Below are positions 1 to 9,864 of a stretch of DNA of 45,719 bases, piece after piece (position 1 is the stretch's first letter; each line of letters begins with the position of its first letter). Below the pieces are notes generated by a model. It was not told the origin of the DNA. It did no database searches and saw only the letters and a program-made list of their open reading frames with translations. Both the position numbers and the translations under genes were made by a program. This DNA is from Candidatus Nealsonbacteria bacterium (GTDB taxonomy: Bacteria; Patescibacteriota; Minisyncoccia; Minisyncoccales; RBG-13-42-11): contig JAHXGL010000003.1 of NCBI GenBank assembly GCA_019923655.1, positions 1-45,719 of the forward strand, written 5' to 3'.

Positions 1-56
1 GCCTTGAAACTTATTGCCTCACTTCTGAAATCGGTCCGGAAAATCGAACTTTACCC
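1..56. repeat. Right-hand end of the structured repeat element that is complete at 20011-20245; the window begins inside it
   Basis: 1-56 matches 20189-20244 at 55/56 positions (single a/g difference at 40 vs 20228). It ends 7 nt from the leuS stop, in the same orientation and position as the full copy has relative to gatC. Confidence 0.85.
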
Positions 57-63
57 ATTTATA

Positions 64-2529
64 TTAAACAACGAAATTAATCAGCTTTTTTGGGATAAAG
101 ATTATTTTTTTGATTTCTTTGTCTAATATCCAATTCTTAACTTTTTCTCGAGATAAAGCAAGTTTTTTGGCTTTGGTTTCAGATATGCCAGCATCAACTT
201 CAATTTTGTCGCGAACTTTGCCATTAATCTGAATAACTAAAGTTGTTATTTCTTCTTTAATCAATTTAGGGTCATATTTAGGCCATTTGGTAAAAAAAAT
301 GCTTTTTGAATGACCTAATTTCCGCCAAAGCTCTTCAGTCAAATGAGGGGCAAAAGGAGAAAGCAAAATCAATGTTTTTTCGATTGTTTTTTTATCTACT
401 TCGGCTTTATGCTCATGACACAAATTGGCAAACTCCATAAAAGCGGAAATTATTGTATTGAATTTTGTCGCTTCTAAATCATTATCTATTTTTTTATTAA
501 GCTTGTGCAAGGCTCGTAAAACATCCGGGCATGCTTTTGCGGCACCAGAAATTTTAGAACATAATTTCCACACTTTTTCTAAAAAGCGATAAACTCCTTT
601 TACTCCTTGGGTATTCCAAACAATGGCTTGATCAAAAGGACCCATAAACATCTCATAAATTCGCAAGGTGTCTGCTCCGTATTTTTGGACAATATCATCA
701 GGGTTAATGACATTGCCAAAAGATTTTGACATTTTTCTGCCATCTTCCGCTAAAACTATGCCGTGGGAAGTTCGACGTTGATAAGGTTCTGGTTGAGAAA
801 CTATCTTAATATCAAAAAGGAACTTATAAATAAAACGGGAATATAAAAGATGTAAAGTAGTATGCTCCATTCCTCCGTTATACCAATCAACTGGCAGCCA
901 ATATCTTATTTTTTTAGGACTGGCTAATTCTTTATCATTCTCCGGGTCGCAATAACGGATGTAATACCAATTAGAACCTGCCCAATTTGGCATAGTGTCG
1001 GTTTCTCTCTTTGCGTCTCCCCCGCATTTTGGACATTTGGTATTAACCCAATCAGAAATTACTGCCAGAGGCGATTGACCGGTTCCTGTTGGCTGATATT
1101 TCTCAACAAAGGGAAGTTCTACCGGTAAATTTTTCTCCGGAACCGCAATCCACCCAGGGTTTAATAATTCCCCTTCATTAAATTCATTATTTTTGATTTT
1201 TGATTTTTGATTTTTGATTTTGACCGCGCAGTTTTCGCAGAAAACAAGCGGGATTGGTTCGCCCCAATAATGCTGCCTGGAAAAAACCCAATCCCGCAAT
1301 TTATATTGAACTGTTTTCCTACCAAAACCATTTACTTCTAACCATTTAGTAATTTTTTCAATCGCCTCTTTTGACTTTAATCCGGTAAATTGTCCAGAAT
1401 TAACCAATCTTCCATAATTAACAAAAGCCTCTTTGGAAATATCTCCACCCGAAACAACTTCTTTAATCTTCAATCCATATTTTTTAGCAAAATCATAATC
1501 CCGGTAATCGTGAGCCGGAACAACCATTATTGCTCCCCCGCCATAAGTTGCTATTGCATAATCGCCAATCCAAATCGGGACTTTTTCGTTATTGGCGGGG
1601 TTAAAGCAATATGAGCCGGTAAAAACTCCTGTTTTTTCTTTCTCTATTTTCTCTCTCTCAAAATCACTTTTCTTTTTTGCCTCAACAATGTATTTTTCTA
1701 CTTTTTCTCTGTTTTTTGCGGTAATTAACCCTTCAACCAAAGGATGCTCGGGAGCAAGTACAATAGCTGTTGCTCCAAAAAGAGTATCAGTTCTGGTGGT
1801 AAAAACTTTTATCTTTCCCGGAGAACCCACAACCTTAAACACAATCTCCGCGCCATAACTCTTTCCAATCCATTCTATCTGTTGAGCTTTAACTCTGTCC
1901 GGATAATTGACCTTTTTTAAATCATCTATGAGGCGGTCTGCATAAGCTGTAATTTTTAGCATCCATTGTTTTAATGTCTTTTTTCCAATAATAGCTCCGC
2001 AGCGCTCGCAAGCGCCGGAAACCACTTCTTCATTAGCCAAGCCAATTTTACAAGAAGGACACCAATTAATTGGTATTTTTGCCTGATAAGCCAATCCTTT
2101 TTCAAAAAGTTTAAGAAAAATCCATTGAGTCCATTTATAATATTTAGGGTCGGTAGTATTAATTTCCCTGGACCAATCAAAAGAAAGACCCAAACTTTTA
2201 ACCTGTCTTTTGTAATTAGCAATGTTTTTTTCAGTAGCGACCTGAGGATGAATTCCGGTTTTGATTGCGTAATTTTCAGCAGGTAATCCAAAAGCATCCC
2301 AGCCAATTGGAAACAAAACATTATATCCTTCCATTCTTTTTTTTCTGGCAACAGCATCTAAAGCAATGTAAGGACGACAATGCCCAACATGAAGGCCTTC
2401 TCCTGAAGGATACGGAAATTCAATTAAAATGTACTGCTTTTTTCCTTGGCCATCTTTAGCCTGATAGAATTTATTCTTTTCCCAATATCTCTGCCACTTC
2501 AGCTCTATTTTTTGCGGGTTATAATTCAT
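64..2529 (-). CDS. leuS: Leucyl-tRNA synthetase
   Basis: 821 aa. Class I HIGH-type motif (HVGH) and KMSKS motif are present, and the N-terminus is LeuRS-like (KWQRYWEKNK). Confidence 0.97.
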   Translation of the reverse strand: MNYNPQKIELKWQRYWEKNKFYQAKDGQGKKQYILIEFPYPSGEGLHVGHCRPYIALDAVARKKRMEGYNVLFPIGWDAFGLPAENYAIKTGIHPQVATEKNIANYKRQVKSLGLSFDWSREINTTDPKYYKWTQWIFLKLFEKGLAYQAKIPINWCPSCKIGLANEEVVSGACERCGAIIGKKTLKQWMLKITAYADRLIDDLKKVNYPDRVKAQQIEWIGKSYGAEIVFKVVGSPGKIKVFTTRTDTLFGATAIVLAPEHPLVEGLITAKNREKVEKYIVEAKKKSDFEREKIEKEKTGVFTGSYCFNPANNEKVPIWIGDYAIATYGGGAIMVVPAHDYRDYDFAKKYGLKIKEVVSGGDISKEAFVNYGRLVNSGQFTGLKSKEAIEKITKWLEVNGFGRKTVQYKLRDWVFSRQHYWGEPIPLVFCENCAVKIKNQKSKIKNNEFNEGELLNPGWIAVPEKNLPVELPFVEKYQPTGTGQSPLAVISDWVNTKCPKCGGDAKRETDTMPNWAGSNWYYIRYCDPENDKELASPKKIRYWLPVDWYNGGMEHTTLHLLYSRFIYKFLFDIKIVSQPEPYQRRTSHGIVLAEDGRKMSKSFGNVINPDDIVQKYGADTLRIYEMFMGPFDQAIVWNTQGVKGVYRFLEKVWKLCSKISGAAKACPDVLRALHKLNKKIDNDLEATKFNTIISAFMEFANLCHEHKAEVDKKTIEKTLILLSPFAPHLTEELWRKLGHSKSIFFTKWPKYDPKLIKEEITTLVIQINGKVRDKIEVDAGISETKAKKLALSREKVKNWILDKEIKKIIFIPKKLINFVV
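1190..1223 (-). repeat. Heptanucleotide tandem repeat (TTTTTGA x about 4.9) inside leuS
   Basis: Direct reading: tttttga repeated at 1190, 1197, 1204 and 1211, plus a partial copy. It encodes the low-complexity insert VKIKNQKSKIKNN. Confidence 0.9.
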
Positions 2530-2539
2530 AAATAAATAA

Positions 2540-4348
2540 TTAGGTGGTTCTCATCGCGTCTAAAAAGGCTTTTGCCGGTATTCGAATCTGTCCTAAAGAT
2601 TTCTTTTTCATCTTTCCCTTTTTTTGTTTTTCCAATAGTTTTCTTTTCCTGGTATAATCCCCTCCATATAAAGGAGCGATTACATCCCGGCGAAACGAAC
2701 TAATTGTTTCTCTGGCAATAATTTTTCCGTCAATTTTTGCCTGCAGAGCAACGCTAAAAATTTGTCGGGGAATAACGGTCTTCAACTTTATTAAAAAATT
2801 CCGCGCTTCTCTCTCTGCTTTTGCCTTTGGTAAAATCATAGCCAAAGACATTTCTTCTTTATTGTTTATTAAAAAATTAACTTTAACTAAATCAATTCTG
2901 CCGTATTCGGATAATTGATAATTCATTGAAGCAAATCCCTGACTTAAACTCTTCAATTTTTCATAAAAATCAGTAATTATTTCTCTTAATGGAATTTCCG
3001 TTCTTAAAATTAGTCTATCTTGGCCTAGAGAAGTTGTTTCTATTGCTGTTCCTCCTCTTTGTTTTATTAATTCGGAAATACGGCTTAGGTATTTCAGGCT
3101 AGTTATTACTTCTAAAAAAACTTTTGGCTCCAATGTCTCGCTGATTATTGCCGGGTCAGGCCAATCAAAAGAAGAATAAACTATTTCTTCTTTTTTATTG
3201 GTTAAAATTACTTTATAAACTACATTGGGCGCGGAGATAACCAGTTCAATTTTAAATTCTCTTTTCAGTCTTTCAATTACAATCTCGGCATGAAGCAACC
3301 CTAAAAATCCGCATAAAAACCCTCTTCCAAAGATTGGCTTTTTTTCTAATTGATAAAACAAAGAAGCATCATTCAGCTTTAATTGACCAAGAGCGCTCTT
3401 TAACAAATCAAAATCTTTGCTCTTTTCCGGATAGACGGTTAAAAAAACAAATGGTTTCGGCTCTTTATAACCGGACAAGGGCATAATTTTTTGGCCCAAC
3501 AGCTTAAAATCCCTTAAAGTAGTTATGGTCTCTCCAATTCTTATTTTCTCTATTTCTTTTATTCCGGTGGCAATATATCCTATTTCTCCGGCTTTTATTT
3601 CTTTAGCAGGCATTAATTCGGGAGAAAAAGTACCGACCTGTTTATTTTTACTCTTTACCTTGCTGGTTAAACAATATATTTCCTCTCCATTTTCAATTTT
3701 GCCTTCTAAAACTCTTACATAAACAATAACCCCCTTAAAAGAATCGTATTTTGAGTCAAAAACCAAACATCTTAAAGGTTTATTTAGTTCATTAATTCCG
3801 TCAGGGCCGGGAATTTTGGTAATTATTAAATCTATCAATTTATCAATGTTAATTCCTTTTTTTGCGGAAATTTCCAGAACTTCATTAGCATCCCTTTTTA
3901 AAACATTCGCTATTTGCTTTTTTGTTTCTGTTGTTTGCGCTTGGGGCAAGTCAATTTTATTAATAACCGGGATTATAACCAATCCTTGTTTTTGCGCCAT
4001 TTCAAGATTAAAAATAGTTTGGGCTTGAATCCCCTGGGTGGCGTCAACCAATAAAACAGCTCCCTCAACAGCGGCCAGCGCCCTTGAAACCTCGTAAGAG
4101 AAATCAATATGCCCTGGCGTGTCAATTAAATTTAAAATATATTCCTGTCCATGTTTTTTATAACTTAAACGGCAAGGATGCATCTTTATGGTAATCCCTC
4201 TTTCCCGCTCCAAATCCATCATATCAAGATACTGCGGCCGTATTTTATTTCTGGGAATAGTATTGGTTATTTCCAGAAAACGATCGGCTAAAGTTGATTT
4301 TCCATGGTCAATATGGCTGATAATTACAAAGTTTCTAATATCTTTCAT
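2540..4348 (-). CDS. lepA: Translation elongation factor 4 (LepA)
   Basis: GTPase G1 motif HIDHGKST and LepA-like domains throughout. The ORF track starts at a TTG (4363); the ATG at 4348 (MKDIRNF) fits the family better. Confidence 0.95.
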   Translation of the reverse strand: MKDIRNFVIISHIDHGKSTLADRFLEITNTIPRNKIRPQYLDMMDLERERGITIKMHPCRLSYKKHGQEYILNLIDTPGHIDFSYEVSRALAAVEGAVLLVDATQGIQAQTIFNLEMAQKQGLVIIPVINKIDLPQAQTTETKKQIANVLKRDANEVLEISAKKGINIDKLIDLIITKIPGPDGINELNKPLRCLVFDSKYDSFKGVIVYVRVLEGKIENGEEIYCLTSKVKSKNKQVGTFSPELMPAKEIKAGEIGYIATGIKEIEKIRIGETITTLRDFKLLGQKIMPLSGYKEPKPFVFLTVYPEKSKDFDLLKSALGQLKLNDASLFYQLEKKPIFGRGFLCGFLGLLHAEIVIERLKREFKIELVISAPNVVYKVILTNKKEEIVYSSFDWPDPAIISETLEPKVFLEVITSLKYLSRISELIKQRGGTAIETTSLGQDRLILRTEIPLREIITDFYEKLKSLSQGFASMNYQLSEYGRIDLVKVNFLINNKEEMSLAMILPKAKAEREARNFLIKLKTVIPRQIFSVALQAKIDGKIIARETISSFRRDVIAPLYGGDYTRKRKLLEKQKKGKMKKKSLGQIRIPAKAFLDAMRTT

Positions 4349-4369
4349 TTTTGAGCTTCTCAATATCCC

Positions 4370-5206
4370 CTACTCCGCGAATAATTTCCTGGCGTTGGTC
4401 GTGGTGCATTCTGATATTTTGGTATAGTTTGTCTTTTTTATTTTAGCGATTTTAGTCGCTATGTGTTTCAGATAGAGGGGTTCATTGCGACCTTTTATCT
4501 GCGGAGGAGTCAAATAAGGACAATCGGTTTCAATTAAGATTTTATCCAGGGGCATTTTTTCAATAGTTTCGTTCCATAAATTCATCTTGAAAATCAAGCC
4601 GTTAAAACCTAAATAAAGCCCAACCTCCATATATTGTTTCGCTTCTTCCCATGTTCCGGTAAAACAATGGATCACGCCTCTGGCTTTAGAATCTTGAATC
4701 TGAAATCTAGAATATAGAACTTCAAGAAGGTCGCTATGCGCAAAACGGCAGTGAAAAATTATTGGCAAATTTAATTCTTCTGCGAGCTTCATTTGCTGAA
4801 TAAGAACTTGTTTTTGTTTCTCTTTGAATTGCTGAACTCTTGTTTTTGTTTTTGGCTTCCAGTAATAATCCAAGCCGATTTCGCCAATTGCTTTTACTTT
4901 AGTAGAAAGGGCTAATTCTTTGTATTTGTTATAGTCAAATTTTTCCTCTTGAGTCTTAAATTGAATTTCTTCCGGATCAATTTTTATTTTCACCAAGCCG
5001 GTTTCCAAATGAATAGGATGAAGCCCGATAGCGGCATAAACTCCTTTTTCGTATTTCTCTGCGATTTCTATTGCTCTCTTGCTGGTAGTATATTGCGAAC
5101 CAACATTGAACATCCAAACATCATTGGCAAGGGATCGTTGAATTACCTCATCAAAATCATCTTTATAATCATTAAAATTTATATGAGCATGCGTGTCTAT
5201 CAACAT
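4370..5206 (-). CDS. TatD-family metal-dependent hydrolase
   Basis: N-terminal DTHAH motif and TIM-barrel TatD-like pattern, 278 aa. Confidence 0.85.
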   Translation of the reverse strand: MLIDTHAHINFNDYKDDFDEVIQRSLANDVWMFNVGSQYTTSKRAIEIAEKYEKGVYAAIGLHPIHLETGLVKIKIDPEEIQFKTQEEKFDYNKYKELALSTKVKAIGEIGLDYYWKPKTKTRVQQFKEKQKQVLIQQMKLAEELNLPIIFHCRFAHSDLLEVLYSRFQIQDSKARGVIHCFTGTWEEAKQYMEVGLYLGFNGLIFKMNLWNETIEKMPLDKILIETDCPYLTPPQIKGRNEPLYLKHIATKIAKIKKTNYTKISECTTTNARKLFAE

Positions 5207-5227
5207 ATTTTTTAAAAAACCGCTTGT

Positions 5228-6256
5228 CTACAAAATCACTGCTTGTTCCTCTTTTCTTCTTTTTAAGAACTCTCTTGAAAATTCAAACAAAATTCCAGCC
5301 AAAGGAATGACTAAAATTGCGCCCAAAAATCCCCAGAGCGCGCCGCCAACAGCTAAAGACACTAAAACCAAAGCTGGGGGCAAGTCAACGAATTTTTTAG
5401 TTAAAATCGGCATTAAAACATTATTTTCCACTTGTTGGATTAAAATAAAGATAATTAAAATAAAAACCGCCTGAAATAAATTTTCCAAAGCAACAACGAT
5501 AAAAATTATTGCTCCGCTGATAATGGGCCCAGCAATTGGAATAAAATTAAAAATACCAGCCATCAGGCCTAAAGAAAAAGGATGACTTACGTCTAAAAGC
5601 AAAAAAGAGAAATAACAAGCCGCGCCAACAAACAAACACGCTAAAACTCTTGACAGAAACCATCCGCTAATTTTACTCTGACACCTTGACCAGAGGGACA
5701 AACTGTAAGCTTCATATTTTTTAGGACAAAGGACACTTATTACTTTTTCAGCTGCTTTCTCTTCCAAAGAAAGAAAAGCGGCAACGGAAAGAATAAAAAT
5801 AGTCGCCATTACTCCGCCAAAAATAGCGAAAATAACGCCAAAAATATCAGCAGCCATTTCTCTTAAGGTTGCCATAAAAGCTTCCGGGCTTTCAAAAGCT
5901 TCAATCCCAAACCCCCTCATAAAAGTGGCAATTTTTTCAAAATAATAAGGATAGTAAGGAATAGCTTGAATTAAAGTGTCAAGCTCGGCAATTAATAAAT
6001 GGGACGCTAAATAAGTCAATAAACCTAAGATTCCAAAAATGCCAAAAAAATAAATAAACGCAATGGTTATTATCCGGGGAATTCTTTTTTTCTGAAAAAA
6101 ATCAATAGCCGGATTAAACAAGATTGAAATAATAAGGGCAAAAATAAACCATATCAAAATATCTCTAATCAAAAAAAGGGTATAAAGGCAAATAATAGCG
6201 ATAGAAACTTTCAAAATCGTTGCCCAGGAAATGTCTAACAGTTTTTCGTTATTCAT
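5228..6256 (-). CDS. AI-2E family transporter (PerM/UPF0118-like membrane protein)
   Basis: 342-aa multi-pass membrane protein with the typical AI-2E layout and a conserved C-terminal region (PILTKKFVDLPP, VIPLAG). Confidence 0.75.
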   Translation of the reverse strand: MNNEKLLDISWATILKVSIAIICLYTLFLIRDILIWFIFALIISILFNPAIDFFQKKRIPRIITIAFIYFFGIFGILGLLTYLASHLLIAELDTLIQAIPYYPYYFEKIATFMRGFGIEAFESPEAFMATLREMAADIFGVIFAIFGGVMATIFILSVAAFLSLEEKAAEKVISVLCPKKYEAYSLSLWSRCQSKISGWFLSRVLACLFVGAACYFSFLLLDVSHPFSLGLMAGIFNFIPIAGPIISGAIIFIVVALENLFQAVFILIIFILIQQVENNVLMPILTKKFVDLPPALVLVSLAVGGALWGFLGAILVIPLAGILFEFSREFLKRRKEEQAVIL

Positions 6257-6269
6257 AAAAAATTAAATT

Positions 6270-7553
6270 TTAAAGTTTCAATAATTGTTGGAACTTTGAC
6301 CTATCTTCAAACGGGCCAATTAAAGCCAGATTTAATTTGCTAGGTCTAAAAATATCTTTGGCTGTTTTTAGAATATCATTTTGAGAAACTTTATCAATCT
6401 TTTTAAAAATTTCTGCTTGAGTTAAAATCTTTTCTTTCAAAATTTCCTGAACAGCGCAAAAAGAAGCTTGAGCGTCTGAAGCCTCCAAAAGCAAAGCTGT
6501 TTTTCCTTTAATATAATCTTTTGCTTTTTTCAATTCTTTTTCAGGAACTTTTTTTTGAGAAATTTTTTTATATTCTTTCAAAATAATTGTTATCGCTTTT
6601 TCAGTATTTTTATTATCCACTCCGATTTGGCTAACCAAACAACCAGTGTCGGGATTCGCTTCAGTATCGGTTCTTACATAATAAGCAATCCCTAATTTTT
6701 CCCTTATCTCTATAAAAAGCCGCGAGCTCATCATTCCTCCCAAAATTATTCCTAAAATTTCCTGAACGTATTTCTGCGGATGAAAAATATTATAAGCCCT
6801 TACGCCCAAACAAAGATGCGTCTGGTCGGTTTTTTTAAAATGCAAAAGGCAATTTGGCTTGAATTGTTTTTCTATTACGGGAAATCCTTTTTTAGGTTTC
6901 TTAATATTGATTTTTGAAAAATATTTTTTAACTTTGGCTAAAATCTTTCTCTCTTCTATTCTCCCTGCCAAACAGCAAATCGTATTAGAAGCCGTGTACT
7001 GGCTTTTCATATAATTAACAAGGGCTGTTCTGTCTATTTTCATTACACTCTCTTTGGCGCCTATTACATCCCAACCAGCCGGCTGGTCGCCATATAATAA
7101 TTTATTCCATAAAGTATGAATATAGCTCATTGGATGGTCAAAATACATATTAATCTCTTCAATAATGACTCCTTTTTCTTTTTGAATCTCTTTGGTCGGC
7201 AGTAAAGAATTTAAATAGATATCAGAAACCCAATCCAAAGCAATATCTGTTTGAGAGGCGGATACCTTGGCAAAATAACCAGTATATTCTTCTGATGTAA
7301 AAGCATTATAAATACCTCCAATCCTATCCAGGGTTTCGGCAAGCGCTATTGCCGAGGGCCTTTTCTTTGTCCCCTTAAAATACATATGCTCTAAAAAGTG
7401 AGAAATACCGCTTACTTCTTTGGTTTCATATTTAGAACCAGTCCTGACTAAAATCAAAACCGTTACTGCTTGAGTGCTTTTCTGCGGCACAGTAATAATT
7501 CTTAAACCATTTTTAAGGATAGTTTTACAAAACATAAAAACATCCCAGAACAT
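6270..7553 (-). CDS. M16-family (pitrilysin/insulinase-like) zinc peptidase
   Basis: Inverted zinc motif HxxEH (HFLEH) near the N-terminus, 427 aa. An alternative ATG lies at 7535. Confidence 0.85.
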   Translation of the reverse strand: MFWDVFMFCKTILKNGLRIITVPQKSTQAVTVLILVRTGSKYETKEVSGISHFLEHMYFKGTKKRPSAIALAETLDRIGGIYNAFTSEEYTGYFAKVSASQTDIALDWVSDIYLNSLLPTKEIQKEKGVIIEEINMYFDHPMSYIHTLWNKLLYGDQPAGWDVIGAKESVMKIDRTALVNYMKSQYTASNTICCLAGRIEERKILAKVKKYFSKINIKKPKKGFPVIEKQFKPNCLLHFKKTDQTHLCLGVRAYNIFHPQKYVQEILGIILGGMMSSRLFIEIREKLGIAYYVRTDTEANPDTGCLVSQIGVDNKNTEKAITIILKEYKKISQKKVPEKELKKAKDYIKGKTALLLEASDAQASFCAVQEILKEKILTQAEIFKKIDKVSQNDILKTAKDIFRPSKLNLALIGPFEDRSKFQQLLKL

Positions 7554-7599
7554 ATTTTAGGAAAAAGATGCCTGGTTTTTATTTGTTATTAGAAAATTA

Positions 7600-7935
7600 T
7601 TAGAAAACTTTCTCCTCAGAAATAGCGACGGCTAAAATCTGCTTTATCGCTACAACAAAAGCAGCCGCAGACATAAAGGTTAAAATCTGGCCCAAAATTT
7701 TCACTGGTGCCTGGGTTAATCCGCCAATCTCCAAAATAGCTACTCCAATAATCAATAAAGCAATTACTGAAACCAGAAAAGAAACGCTCTCTTTCTCTTG
7801 AATATTAATAAGCCCAACAATTATTCCTAAACCAAAAAGCAATATTCCTATTTCCGGAATAACAAACAAAGCAGACAAAATAGCTAATATTATTCCGCCA
7901 ATAAATGCCCATCGGCCAATCTTAATTATATTCAT
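7600..7935 (-). CDS. Small integral membrane protein, function unknown
   Basis: 111 aa with about 4 hydrophobic segments and no recognisable motif. Confidence 0.55.
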   Translation of the reverse strand: MNIIKIGRWAFIGGIILAILSALFVIPEIGILLFGLGIIVGLINIQEKESVSFLVSVIALLIIGVAILEIGGLTQAPVKILGQILTFMSAAAFVVAIKQILAVAISEEKVF

Positions 7936-8146
7936 AATATTTTACTCCGTTAGAAAGCTACATTACTTCTAACTTTCTAACAGGGTTTAAGGTTCTCGAC
8001 CTTTTAATTGCCTTCTTGCTAATTCTTACATACTATTCAACCACTTTGGCAGCAATTTTCGCTCGACCAAGAATTTTTAAGAGACGTTCTTTCGCTTGCT
8101 TCTGTTTGTTTCACTACCAAAAAGGTTATCAACTAATTCTTATATT

Positions 8147-9160
8147 TTACCTTAGATATTTTTGTTTAGCAAGAGAATGTTCTCTTAAACTTACGCTAAA
8201 TATGGTCTGGCTTTCAGGGGTAGAGAGGAAAAACAGATACTCGCTTGCTTGAGGATGCACTGCCGCTATTATACTTTCAAGTCCGGGATTGGAAATCGGG
8301 CCTATTGGCAGACCTGGATAAATATAAGTATTATAAGGCGACTCAATTTCCTTGCCTCTGCCAATCTCTCTTCTCATTTCTTCAAAAGTCCAACCATCTT
8401 TTTCCCGTAAAATGTAAGCAATTGTGGCGCAGCTTTGCAATCGTTTATTGATATTAATTCTTTCCCAGAAAATTCCTGAAACAATTTTTTTATCTTGAAA
8501 CCCTCTTACCTCTTTTTCAAGCAAAGAAGCCATAATAACAATGTCAAAAACCCCCTTCTCTTGCCGGGTAATTTCTTTAACTAATTCTGAAGTAAGTTTT
8601 TTATCAAAGTTGCTTAGTATTTCTCTAATAATTTCTTTGGTAGTAGCTAAATAAAAAAACTGATAAGTGTCAGGGAATAAAAATCCCTGAAGCCCTCTTT
8701 GTTTTGGGACATCCCTTAAAAAATCAAACTCGTCCTGAAAATCAGAAACTTTGAACTGGGCAAAATTCATTTCCCTATCAAATGCTCTAGAAAATCTTTT
8801 TTCTATCTCTTGAAGGCGAAATCCTTCGGGAATAGTTACTTTTATTTTCTTCACCTCGCCAGCAGCCAATTTCATTATAATCTCTGAAACACTCATTGCC
8901 GGACTTAAAAGGTAGGCGCCGGCCTGAAGCTTTTTAAAATTATTGGTAAAAATTCCATAGACATTAAAATACAAACTATCTTTAATCAGCCCTTGTTTTT
9001 CCAGATTGTTGCTAATTTCTAAAAAACCTTGGCCAAATTCAATTAAAAACAATTCTTCCCTTATTGCTTCCCTGTCTTTTGGCAAATAAATGCCAGACCA
9101 AAGAGAAAATCCTAAACCAAGAAAGCAAAAAAATATTAAAAAAATTAAAAAATTCTTCAT
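8147..9160 (-). CDS. mltG: Endolytic murein transglycosylase MltG (YceG-like)
   Basis: N-terminal TM segment followed by YceG-like domain features, 337 aa. A 4-nt ATGA overlap links it to pcm. Confidence 0.85.
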   Translation of the reverse strand: MKNFLIFLIFFCFLGLGFSLWSGIYLPKDREAIREELFLIEFGQGFLEISNNLEKQGLIKDSLYFNVYGIFTNNFKKLQAGAYLLSPAMSVSEIIMKLAAGEVKKIKVTIPEGFRLQEIEKRFSRAFDREMNFAQFKVSDFQDEFDFLRDVPKQRGLQGFLFPDTYQFFYLATTKEIIREILSNFDKKLTSELVKEITRQEKGVFDIVIMASLLEKEVRGFQDKKIVSGIFWERININKRLQSCATIAYILREKDGWTFEEMRREIGRGKEIESPYNTYIYPGLPIGPISNPGLESIIAAVHPQASEYLFFLSTPESQTIFSVSLREHSLAKQKYLR

Positions 9161-9864
9161 CGATTAATTAAAGGCACAAAGGCAAAGCCGGGATATTCAT
9201 ATTCCTCAAATTTTGTTTCTCCTTTTTTAATAAAAAGCCAAATTGATGAGCCAATCGGCGCCACAATTCTGCCGCCAATTTTCAATTGCTCTTTCCAGGC
9301 TCTTGGCGCAGTTTCAGCCGAAGCTGAAACCAAGATCTTATCAAAAGGCGCTTCTTCGGCATAACCCTTTGACCCATCAGCGCAAATACAATCCACTATC
9401 CTTTTTTCCATAAAATTGTATTTGGCCACATTTTGTTCTCCGATTTTTTTTAATTCAAGGATAATTTCTATTGCAAGAATTTTACCGTTTAAGTCTTTAA
9501 GTTTTGAATTTTGCTTATTTGAATTTGAAATTTGTTTGTCCTTTGGAATTTGCAATTTGGAATTTCCCTTCTGGCTCACAATGTGAGCTAAAAGGGCTGT
9601 TGTCCAGCCAGAACCAAACCCAATATCTAAAATTTTATCCCCGGGTTCTGGTTGAAGCTGTTCTAGCATAAAAGCAACCACTAATGGTTGGGAAATGGTC
9701 TGGCCAAAACCGATTGGCAAGGCATTATTCAGCTCTGCAAGATTCTCTGCGTCCTTTGGCATAAAGTCCTTTCTCTTAATCTTTTTGAAAGCTGTAATTA
9801 TTCTCGGAGTTTTTAACCAGCCCTCTTTAACTAATTCTTCAATAAGCGCCATAATTTTTGCCAA
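9157..9864 (-). CDS. pcm: Protein-L-isoaspartate O-methyltransferase with a low-complexity insert
   Basis: Pcm-like sequence (GQTISQP, SAM motif LDIGFGSGW). It is interrupted by the insert KGNSKLQIPKDKQISNSNKQNSKLKDLNGK. Confidence 0.8.
   Translation of the reverse strand: MAKIMALIEELVKEGWLKTPRIITAFKKIKRKDFMPKDAENLAELNNALPIGFGQTISQPLVVAFMLEQLQPEPGDKILDIGFGSGWTTALLAHIVSQKGNSKLQIPKDKQISNSNKQNSKLKDLNGKILAIEIILELKKIGEQNVAKYNFMEKRIVDCICADGSKGYAEEAPFDKILVSASAETAPRAWKEQLKIGGRIVAPIGSSIWLFIKKGETKFEEYEYPGFAFVPLINR
9500..9567 (-). repeat. Degenerate TTTGAA(T/A)-type short tandem repeats inside pcm
   Basis: The tract gttttgaattttgcttatttgaatttgaaatttg...ggaatttgcaatttggaattt encodes the Pcm insert. Confidence 0.7.
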
